This document shows positions 1-9,084 of a DNA stretch of 64,000 nt, in pieces. Positions within the stretch are counted from its first letter, which is position 1, and each line of letters starts with the position of its first letter. The DNA is taken from assembly GCA_963783575.1 (NCBI GenBank), contig CAWAOD010000013.1, positions 160,001 to 224,000 on the forward strand. Direction: 5' to 3'. The notes beneath the pieces were generated by a model. It did no database searches. It was given only the letters and a program-made list of their open reading frames with translations, and was not told where the DNA came from. Source of the stretch: an uncultured Spirochaetota bacterium. Its GTDB lineage: Bacteria > Spirochaetota > Brevinematia > Brevinematales > JAOACQ01. A program made the position numbers and the translations under genes.

Positions 1-22
1 AGATGATGCGAATAAACTGATT

Positions 23-730
23 GTGGTGATTGATGTGACGAATGAAAACAATGATATCAAACAGATGGCAGGAATGTGTGACCGAGTAGAAGAAATAAAG
101 GACGAGCTTAAGGTAGAGACTGAAACGGTCAAAGTATCGGATGCCGGTTATTACAGCGAACCGCAGATACTGGAATGTATAGATAAGGGACATAACGTAT
201 ATATGCCGAATCCGGATGACGGACATAAGGCAAGGATTCGAGGCAAAGAAGATAATAAAGGAGTACCTGCTGAAGAATACCAGGTTGATAAATTCAAATA
301 TGATCCGGGACAAAATGTTTATTATTGTCCGGAGGGAAACCCATTAGTGAGAAATGGGAAAAAAGTAGAGAAGGTCAATGGAGGAAAAGAGATAGTCAGG
401 TACAAGTGCGGCTTATGCAGCCAATGTGAAGTAAGAAATAAGTGTACTGAAAGCGTGGAAGGACGAAGTATCAAAGTACCAGTTAGAAAAGAAGAAATTG
501 AGAACTTCAAGAGGAAAATTCGTTCTGAAGCCGGGAAAAAGATCATAGAGAAAAGGAAAGAGATATGTGAACATCCATTTGGATCGATAAAAAGGAATAT
601 GGGTTACAGTTATTTTTTAATGAAGGGAAAGGATGGCGTTCTGACGGAATCCAGTTTGGCAGGATTCATTCATAATTTAATAAAAGTATTGAATATATTG
701 GGAATAAAGAGACTTATGACTCTGGTTTGA
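23..730 (+). CDS. IS1182-family transposase, C-terminal part (5' end outside window)
   Basis: DAGY motif, YYCPEG..C..C....C..S zinc-ribbon-like insert and RK..EHPFG.IK motif typical of IS1182/IS5-clan DDE transposases. Confidence 0.85.
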   Translation: MVIDVTNENNDIKQMAGMCDRVEEIKDELKVETETVKVSDAGYYSEPQILECIDKGHNVYMPNPDDGHKARIRGKEDNKGVPAEEYQVDKFKYDPGQNVYYCPEGNPLVRNGKKVEKVNGGKEIVRYKCGLCSQCEVRNKCTESVEGRSIKVPVRKEEIENFKRKIRSEAGKKIIEKRKEICEHPFGSIKRNMGYSYFLMKGKDGVLTESSLAGFIHNLIKVLNILGIKRLMTLV

Positions 731-854
731 TGCTAATAAACCATCGTTTATCGTATTCGGATAGATTTTTTAAACTAAGATTTTTTTAGCTTGAAAAATA
801 TATCAAAAAATGGAGTTTTTGTATAATTAATCGATTTTACTATAAAATTTTACT

Positions 855-872
855 GAGTTTTCACACAGCCTG
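855..872 (+). mobile_element. Right terminal inverted repeat of the IS1182-family element
   Basis: GAGTTTTCACACAGCCTG downstream of the transposase resembles IS1182-type ends; the left end is not in the window. Confidence 0.6.
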
Positions 873-1342
873 ATGGCGAAGGGTTGCACTCAAATATATT
901 TCATTTATTTTTATAAATTATCATGCTTCATTCGACTAAAGCATAAATTGTAAATAAAAAATTCACAGGAAGACAGGAAGATATAGAAGATTTTAGTCAC
1001 TAATTGCGCGAGTTAACGCTAATTAAATAAAGCATATTCATAAAAACCCGTGGTTTGGTTCGATAAGCTAACAGGCCAAGGCTTTCGTGTAATTCGTGCA
1101 ACTTGTGGTGAACAAACCGAATCCATTATTGGATACTTATTCATCCATTCGGAATTGTGGCTCAAATATAATTATTAAAAATCCTAGCATATAACTTCTC
1201 GCCTTATAACCATCCTGTGAAAATACGATTGTCCGGCTAAACTATTCGTTAAAAATTTGTATTAAGTATACAAAAATCGGAAGAGACATTATTATATGGA
1301 TCAAATATCTGTTTGCAAACATCATGTTTAAGGAGGAAGGCT

Positions 1343-2071
1343 TTGATAGTATATGGTAGAAATTCTGTTGATGAAGCCCTGATTGAGGGTTTAAAAATTC
1401 AAAATGTTATGGTGGAAAAAGGTAAAGAAGAAAAGTTTTTTAATTTAACAAGCCGGTTAAAAGAAAAAGGGATTAAAGTTCAATTCGCTCCCCGGGTAAT
1501 TCTTGATAAAACATCACAAACATTGAAACACCAGGGAATTCTGGCTGAATTGATCCTGCCCGAAAATATCATAGAGGATGATAAGGATTTTGACGGCTGG
1601 GATTCCATGAATGCTGTGATCGCACTTGATGGAATTACAGATACCGGCAACCTTGGTGCCGTCATTCGATCCGCCCTGTTGATGAAGTTTGATGCCGTTG
1701 TCCTTCCCAATGACAACAGCGCCAGGATTACTCCGCAGACAATCAAGGCGTCAGCAGGGGCGATTTACAAGGAAAAAGTTGTTTATATAAACAGCCTGAA
1801 CCGCTTTATCGATAAAATAAAAGAAACCGGGTTCTCGGTCTACGGACTTGAAGGGGAGTCCGAAACTCCAATTACGGATGTAAAATTTCCTGAAAAGGTT
1901 TGTCTGGTTGTTGGGGCGGAAAGAAAGGGGATCCGCAAATCCGTTAAGCAGAAGTGCGACATGCTTATAAAAATACCGACATCCCGCAAAATTGACAGTT
2001 TTAATGCGTCTGTCGCGGGGGCGATTGCTATGTGGGAAGTTTACAGAAACAAGCGTGACCGTGCGACATAG
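1343..2071 (+). CDS. rlmB: TrmH/SpoU-family 23S rRNA methyltransferase (RlmB-like)
   Basis: IVYGRN N-terminus, LDGITDTGNLGAVIRS, VGAERKG and SFNASVA SPOUT motifs; TTG start at 1343 after AGGAGG. Confidence 0.85.
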   Translation: MIVYGRNSVDEALIEGLKIQNVMVEKGKEEKFFNLTSRLKEKGIKVQFAPRVILDKTSQTLKHQGILAELILPENIIEDDKDFDGWDSMNAVIALDGITDTGNLGAVIRSALLMKFDAVVLPNDNSARITPQTIKASAGAIYKEKVVYINSLNRFIDKIKETGFSVYGLEGESETPITDVKFPEKVCLVVGAERKGIRKSVKQKCDMLIKIPTSRKIDSFNASVAGAIAMWEVYRNKRDRAT

Positions 2072-2144
2072 TGTCGCTTGGCGAACTTTCGTTCGCCACT
2101 ATCTTTATGTTACTTGAAGAGCTCGTCATGGAACATCCTGCTCC
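2063..2144 (+). repeat. Three-hairpin dispersed repeat, copy A
   Basis: GCGAC-atagt-GTCGC / TGGCGAAC-tttc-GTTCGCCA / spacer / tcat-GGAAC-atcct-GCTCC; similar copies elsewhere in the window. Confidence 0.75.
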
Positions 2145-2291
2145 ACTTTTGGTTTTGTGGCATCGTGCAGCTAAATATCTCATTGCGTTTCTGTGCGTGG
2201 TTTGATGAGCCAGCCTACACCGGGATCTACAGCAGGTAGACGGCAGACAGGTCGGATCACAGGACAGGCTCCTTGGCCAGTTTTTAATTGA

Positions 2292-3498
2292 CTATTTTCC
2301 ATTAATTACCCAATTGGTTTCCAGGGCGATCATAAGCTCTTCATTTGTAGGGACAAGAAGAACCTGTGTTTTAGAACCTGAAGCGCTTAAATTTGTAAGC
2401 TTACCCCGTACTTCAGAGGAAGAGTTAAGTTTTACATCTATATTTATTCCGTAAGCTTCAAGACCTTCCACACTTTTCTCCCTGACCCAGGCGTCATTTT
2501 CACCTATTCCCGCTGTAAAAATTATAGCGTCAACCCTGCCAAGCTCAACCATATAAGAGCCGATGTATTTCCTGATGCTTTTTATAAGGACTTCCCGCGC
2601 AAGCTGAGCCCACTTATTCCCATTTTTAGCCGCGACAGTAACTTCCCGCAGGTCATTGGAAATTCCGGACAGCCCGATCAAACCGCTTTTTTTATTTAAA
2701 ACATCATTCACCTGCTTTGTGTTCATGTTGAATGTTTCCATTAGGAAAAAAACGATATACGGATCGATCGAACCGCAGCGTGTTCCCATGACAACGCCTT
2801 CCAGAGGTGTAAAACCCATAGATGTGTCTATGGATTTACCGTTCTTCACGGCCGTAATGCTGGAACCGTTGCCAAGATGGCAGGTTATGCAGTTGAAATT
2901 ATCCAGTTTTATATTAAGAAATTCAGCAGCCTTCATTGTTACATAACGGTGAGATGTCCCATGAAACCCGTATCTGCGTATCCTGTATTTATCGTAGTAA
3001 TCGATTGGAAGAGCGTACAGAAAAGAACTCTCAGGGCATGGTTTGATGGAATGCCGTATCAAAAACCGCTACCTGCCTGGTATCCGGAAGTACTTCCCTG
3101 CAGGAATATATTCCCTGCAGATTCGGAGGATTATGAAGCGGCGCGAGTTCGGAAAACTTTTCAATCGAGGCTATAACTTTATCGTCAATTATAACCGATC
3201 CGGTGAATTCCTCTCCCCCGTGAACTACCCTGTGACCTATTGCTTCAATTTCATCAAGGGAATTAATGAATGCGTTTTCTTTACTTATCAATCTGGCTAT
3301 AACTTCTTTTAAAGCCGCGGTGTGACTGGAAACCTTAAGTTTTTCAACTGCTTTTTCACCATTCTTTTTATAATATGTCAATTCCGAATCTCCGCCGATT
3401 TTTTCGATAATGCCCTTTGTTATTACACCCTCATTTTCAGTTGTAATAAGCTGATACTTAAGCGATGAACTGCCGCAATTTATAACCAGCACTTTCAT
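2292..3498 (-). pseudogene. ackA: Acetate kinase split by a single-base frameshift (possibly a sequencing error)
   Basis: MKVLVINCGSSSLKYQL, GHRVVHGG and VAVFDTAFHQTMP in 3498-3031; YGFHGTSH, CHLGNGSS and PTNEE in 3062-2292; removing one base of GGG at 3034-3036 joins the frames. Confidence 0.9.
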
Positions 3499-3644
3499 AA
3501 AAACTCCTTAAACAACAGACATTATGCCTGGTATGTAAGCAATATCTTGCGTCTCTTTAAGAACTAATACTTATATTTTATAACAGATTAATTAAAAAAA
3601 CAATAATTAACCGACCAAAAGAGAAAATATGTCCAATTTGTTAT

Positions 3645-4595
3645 TTATAAAAATTTACCCTGGAATAAACCTTTTTCAGTCATAAGATTTTCAAGTGCTG
3701 CAATATTTTTCGACTTGTCAAGCGTCCATAGCGGACTTATCAAATTATCCCTTTGACATTGGCCGAATAATCTGTGGATAACGATATTTTCAGGCAGGAT
3801 CGGTATGATTTTTAATAATATATCCAGATATTCACTTAATTCAAGAGGTCTGAATTTGTTTTCCAGGTACAATCTCTCAAGCATTGTCCGGCGCTCGACG
3901 TAGAGGTGATGGAATTTGAAGGCATCTATTCCGAGCTTTATCAGTTTTTGGATGGTATTTATCATATCACCGGAAGACTCGCCCGGCAATCCGAAAATAA
4001 CATGAGCGAGAACCAGAATCTTTTTTCTTTTTTTTGTTTGAATGATCGCGTTGATCGTTTCTTCCGCGGAATGACCGCGGTTAATAAAGTTAAGAGTTTC
4101 ATTTTTCAGGCTCTGGACGCCGAATTCAATAATGACCAATTTATTCTCGGCGATTGATTCCAGGAGTGAAAGTTTTTCTTCATCTATACAGTCAGGGCGC
4201 GTGCCTATGGACATTCCGACGACATCATCGAATTTTAAGGCTTCACGGTAAATAGATTCGAGAACATTAACAGGCGCGTAAGTATTTGTGTAAGGCTGGA
4301 AATATACCAGGTATTTACTTGCCCTGTAGCGCTTGTTTATTATTTCCATACCGTTTTTCAACTGTATGGTTATGCTTGTTCCGGGAATTACATATCCCGA
4401 TCTCGATCCTTCTTCATTGCAGTAAATACATCCGCCTGTTCCTTTTGTCCCATCCCGGTTCGGGCATGTAAAACCGGCGTCTATGGATATCCTGTATACT
4501 TTTTCGCCGAATTTTTCCCTGAAAAAGGCATTAAGTGAATGATAAGGCTTGCCCAGCCATTTATCTGGATTGGTTTTATTTATGGATTGAGTCAT
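3645..4595 (-). CDS. TIGR01212/YhcC-type radical SAM protein
   Basis: GFTCPNRDG...GGCIYC cluster motif, YFQPYTNTY, IGTRPDC. Confidence 0.9.
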   Translation of the reverse strand: MTQSINKTNPDKWLGKPYHSLNAFFREKFGEKVYRISIDAGFTCPNRDGTKGTGGCIYCNEEGSRSGYVIPGTSITIQLKNGMEIINKRYRASKYLVYFQPYTNTYAPVNVLESIYREALKFDDVVGMSIGTRPDCIDEEKLSLLESIAENKLVIIEFGVQSLKNETLNFINRGHSAEETINAIIQTKKRKKILVLAHVIFGLPGESSGDMINTIQKLIKLGIDAFKFHHLYVERRTMLERLYLENKFRPLELSEYLDILLKIIPILPENIVIHRLFGQCQRDNLISPLWTLDKSKNIAALENLMTEKGLFQGKFL

Positions 4596-4602
4596 ACTGA
4601 TA

Positions 4603-5269
4603 TTATTTCCTTATTGATATAATAATCCCGTCATCGATATTAAGAAAAAGGCTTTTAAAACTTTTGTGGCGGGAAAGCTTATAGTTAAACTGTTTTAAAA
4701 GATCAACACCGCCGGAATATTTTTCCTCATTACCGTCTTCCATTTCAATAACCTTTCCGTTAAACAGAAAATTATCGGTAAAAAAAATTCCCCCGGGAAT
4801 AACCCTGTCTTCAAGAATTTTTAAAAATTCGGTATAATCCCTTTTCTGAGCGTCCAGAAACACAAAGTCAAATTGCCCGGTAGAATTTTTCAGGTAATCG
4901 AATGCGTCAAGATATAAAAGGTCAATATTCCTGTAATCATGGAAAAGCTTTTGCGCTTCAATAAACCTGTTTTTATCCCTTTCGATTGTTGTGAGCTTGG
5001 CATCACCTGAAAGCCCCTTATGAATCCATAGCGTTGAATATCCGCTTCCTGTTCCGATTTCCAGGAAGTTTTCCGGCCGTTTGAATTTGATTAAAAAATA
5101 AAGCAGTTTAGCTGTTGTCTTCCTGATTATGGGTATTTTATTCTTCACAGATTTTTCATAAAGATCATCCCATTCTGCTTCGTCCAGATCATTGTTCAGT
5201 TCATCGGTATAAGCCTGGACCGCCGCATTAAAACTATTCAAATCCAAAAAATCCTCCCGGGGCAGCATG
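4603..5269 (-). CDS. O-methyltransferase (Methyltransf_3 / TrmR-like)
   Basis: LEIGTGSGYS SAM motif, FDFVFLDAQK; native start likely ATG 5269, since the longer ORF start lies inside the MITE. Confidence 0.8.
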
Positions 5270-5271
5270 AT

Positions 5272-5420
5272 GGGTTCACTGAAAATCAGCATAAATCTTA
5301 AAATGTTTAATAAACAGTATTTTATTGGTGTCCTATCCTATTTTATAACAATGAGTTATAAATGCAATTAGAAACGGTTGATTATAGTTTTCAATTTTTA
5401 ACTCATTTTTCAGTGAACCC
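5272..5420. mobile_element. 149-bp MITE, copy 1
   Basis: Terminal inverted repeats GGGTTCACTGAAAA...TTTTCAGTGAACCC, flanking ATGAT duplication, near-identical copy at 24594. Confidence 0.9.
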
Positions 5421-5450
5421 ATGATGCCGCATCCAAATTTTTTGTAATAA

Positions 5451-6626
5451 TTATTGTATTCTTTCAAGAAGTATAGATTTTATTTCATCAATGTTCAGTT
5501 TAACCGGATTATTTTTGCAATCGGTTTCACTGGCGATCTTTTCAGCATCGGTTTTTTTAATGCCGAAATCGCTCAATAGCGGTAGACCAAACTTAACCGT
5601 CATTTCCTTCAGGATTTCTATAAACCTGGTACACGATTCTTTTTCCGAAAGACTCCAATCTCCGGTAAATAGTCTTCCAATATTAGCATATTTTTTAAGC
5701 GCGGTATTATTACTATCCGTATTCAATTTCCTGATAACAGTCCTATTAACCGAAGCCATAAGGGTGCCGCAGGCAACACCATGGGGAATTTCAAAATAGC
5801 CCCCGATAACCCCGGCAATACCATGAAGCGCGCCAAGACCGGCATTGGTTAATGTTATTCCGGACAAATAAGCCGCGTAAGACATTCCGCAACGGGCTTT
5901 TATATCCGAACCGTCGGTAAAAGCCTGCATCAAACTTTCTTTAAGGATTTCAAGGCCGTTCCAGGCAAGTGTATCGGTAATGGGCGATGCTTTTAACGAT
6001 AGGTAAGATTCGAGAAGCTGTGCAAATGCATCCATTCCGCTTGCGGCTGTTACAGGCTTCGTACATGATACAGTGAGTTCCGGATCTATTAATGCAATAT
6101 CCGGAATAAGATTATCATGCCTGAGAGATTTTTTGAAACCGTTTTTCCCTGTAACGCTTAAAACAGCGTTCTTTGTGGCTTCGCTTCCGGTTCCCGCCGT
6201 GGTAGGAACCGCTATAAAAGGCGCCTTAATACCGTTGTGATTTGATTTTCCAATTACTTCAAGATAATTGATAACCGAATCCTTTTGCGGCAGCATCGCC
6301 GAAATTGCCTTTCCGGCATCGATAACACTGCCCCCTCCGATTGAGACTACTAAGTGAATTGCTTTATTCCTGAATTCGGCAACCGCGTAATCAATAATAT
6401 CTGGGGAGGGTTCCTGCTCTACCCGGAAAATATAATAATTTATGTTGTTTTTCTTAAGTTCGGATTCAAGGTTTTTCAATCTACCTGAATTTTCAAGGGA
6501 TGACGAACCCGTAATAATAAGGACTGTATTTCCAAAATCTTCTATAATTTCCGGAAGTTCATTAAAACAGCCCGGGCCGAATAAAAGTTTAGGGTTTGCA
6601 AGAAATGTAAAATTATTTATTTCCAT
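5451..6626 (-). CDS. Iron-containing alcohol dehydrogenase
   Basis: GGGSVIDAGK, PTTAGTGSE, GMDAFAQ..E and H..A....G....PHG metal ligands. Confidence 0.9.
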   Translation of the reverse strand: MEINNFTFLANPKLLFGPGCFNELPEIIEDFGNTVLIITGSSSLENSGRLKNLESELKKNNINYYIFRVEQEPSPDIIDYAVAEFRNKAIHLVVSIGGGSVIDAGKAISAMLPQKDSVINYLEVIGKSNHNGIKAPFIAVPTTAGTGSEATKNAVLSVTGKNGFKKSLRHDNLIPDIALIDPELTVSCTKPVTAASGMDAFAQLLESYLSLKASPITDTLAWNGLEILKESLMQAFTDGSDIKARCGMSYAAYLSGITLTNAGLGALHGIAGVIGGYFEIPHGVACGTLMASVNRTVIRKLNTDSNNTALKKYANIGRLFTGDWSLSEKESCTRFIEILKEMTVKFGLPLLSDFGIKKTDAEKIASETDCKNNPVKLNIDEIKSILLERIQ

Positions 6627-6934
6627 CGCCTGATATCCTCAGGGCATATTACGCTGTGCTGTATGCCTTCCCTCGGCTTTGCCATCCAGCCCGCGACTGT
6701 ATCCCTCCATTTTGCATAATGAGAAGTATTTTTATGTGCTGCTGCGGATTCTTCGGAATCGTATACCTCGTAAAGGAAAAAACGCGAAGGATCATTCGAG
6801 CACTGGAGGAAATCAAAGCGCAGGTTGCCAGGTTCCTTTATGGATTGATTGTGATTTTCAATAGTGGCATTAATAAAATTAATGATATTTTCCTCTTTAA
6901 CAAAAATAGTAATGCAGGTTATTTTCATTTTCAA
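6617..6934 (-). CDS. Antibiotic biosynthesis monooxygenase-fold protein (LsrG-like)
   Basis: EPGNLRFD...FFLYEVY...AAAHK.T.HY..WR pattern. Confidence 0.8.
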   Translation of the reverse strand: MKMKITCITIFVKEENIINFINATIENHNQSIKEPGNLRFDFLQCSNDPSRFFLYEVYDSEESAAAHKNTSHYAKWRDTVAGWMAKPREGIQHSVICPEDIRRWK

Positions 6935-6962
6935 GGCCCCCTATTTTTATAATAAGATTCCG

Positions 6963-8661
6963 CTACCACTCATATTTCGGTGATACCCTTATCGACTTGT
7001 CCATTTCTTTCTTGCTGAGGTGCTTTTTTTCCTCTTCCTGGATAAGATTGAGCAGGTTATCTATATCTGACGGTGAAATTGGCTTTGTTTGCTGCTGCTT
7101 CTGATCCTGTTTATCTTGAGATTTTTTATTATTATTCCGGTTATCCTGATTTTTATTATTGTTTTTATTATCTTTATTTTTATCTTTTTGATCCTTGTTA
7201 TCCTTGTTATTTTGATTGTTTTGTTTCTGCTCCCTTATTTGTTCTTTAGCGAAAAGAAAATTCTGCAGGGCCTTTTTGTAAACACCGGAATTTTTTTCTT
7301 CTCCTTCAAGAATTGAGCGGTAGCTGTTTATCGCTCCGTTATAATCCTGCTTTTCCAGTAATGAGTTTCCATAATTATAAATTGTTTTATCTCTGATTAT
7401 TTTATCCTTTGAATTGCTGAGGCCCGAAAAAGAGGCTGCTGACTCATCGAATTTTTGGAGCTGGTAATAGCTGTCTCCTTCGTTAAAACGGAATTTTTCA
7501 TTCTTTGGGTCCGTTATAATAGCCTTCTGAAAATTTGACAGAGCACTGTCAAATTTACCTTTCCGGTATTCACTTGTTCCTGAAGATGCGTCGGAAGTAT
7601 ATGATCGGTTAAAAATCATTATAATCAATATAAAGATAATCATAAACTGCGGCAATCTGCCGTTAAGTCGTATATTACGATCGGGCAGAAGGATAGAAAT
7701 TAAGAGAAAGAGCATGCCCATCAGCAGGAAATACTGGAACTGCGGTTCCATGAAATTCATAGATATTGCTACCGAACCTTGATTTCTTGATTTCATCAAG
7801 CCTTTTTGCAAGTGAAATCATCGAGTTTTCATTTCCGGAGATATAAAATCCTTTTGTTTCCTCGGAAATTTTTGTAAGAAGAGCTTCATTAAGTCTTGAT
7901 GTAACCGTTTTACCGTCTTTCTTCAGATAATCTATGATATTTCCTTTATCATCGTATAAGGGAATCTGCCCTCCATTCGGTGTACCGATCCCGACAGTAA
8001 AAATGGTAATTCCCTTTTCCTTTGCCAGTTGAACCTGATTCAAGGGTGAAAACTCGTAGTCTTCACCGTCTGTAAATATTACTATTGCTTTATGCGTTAA
8101 TGTGTCTTTTTCAAAAAGCTCCATTGCCTTTTTTATTGCGTCTTCGAGATTGGTTCCCTGAACATCTATCATATCAGTTGTCAGTTCGTTTAAAAAAACC
8201 GATGAAGCATTTATATCGGTGGTTAAAGGTATAATGTTGAAAGCATATCCGGCAAAAGCCGTAATTCCGATTCTATTTCCTAAAAGCAGGCTCATAAGCT
8301 GTGATGATAATTTTTTGGATACTTCGAGTCGGTTTGGAACAACATCCGGAGTTGTCATGCTTTTTGAAATATCAAGTACAAATACTACATCAATTCCTTC
8401 GATGGTTGCCTGGACGCTTTTTGTACCCCATCTCGGGTCGAGAACCGCGAAACAAATAAAGAACAATGCAAGTATAAGCGATATAATTTTGACCGCTCTT
8501 GCAGGCTGGCTGAGGTTTGATAGCAAAAGATTCTGCTGGCTTTTCGAAAAAAGTTTATTTATCAGATTTTTCTTCCGGAAATACGAATATATGATTATTG
8601 CTGTAATTATCGAAACAAAAATCAAAATCCAGCTCCAGATGCTGCCGTTGGCAAGGTGCAT
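6963..8661 (-). pseudogene. BatB-like vWA + TPR protein split by a single-base frameshift (possibly a sequencing error)
   Basis: vWA MIDAS DISKSM and FTDGED in 8661-7675; TPRs and Q/N/K-rich tail in 7811-6963; removing one base at 7753-7755 gives YEFMEPQFQ read-through. Confidence 0.8.
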
Positions 8662-8887
8662 ATTTCCTCCTTTGAAAGATGGTTTTATTTTATAATCTGT
8701 TACTTAAATATATTTATTTCTTCTTGAGCTTATCATAAATAAGAATAAAGAAAGACAGTATGCTAATGAATGTGATAACAAAATCTTTTATCTTATCGCT
8801 TTTTTTAATATGTTATTAGTTACATTATTATTAATGTAAGTATTGCAAAGAATAAAATAAGTATTATTTGATCGATAATTCTATTCA

Positions 8888-9019
8888 TTATTTAGCTTGG
8901 GTTTTGTGGATGTATTTTTCAACTGCTTTATCTGCCGTCGATTCGATTATTTTTGAAATAATTCCATAAACACATACGGCAATTCCTATAGATGCTAATA
9001 TCATAACATATAAGGGCAT
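8888..9019 (-). CDS. Small single-TM hypothetical protein (43 aa)
   Basis: AGGAG RBS before ATG 9019; hydrophobic N-terminal segment. Confidence 0.45.
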   Translation of the reverse strand: MPLYVMILASIGIAVCVYGIISKIIESTADKAVEKYIHKTQAK

Positions 9020-9084
9020 AATTATCTCCTGATATTTAAATACAATATTAAATATAACAATATTAAAAATGATTGTCAATATAT

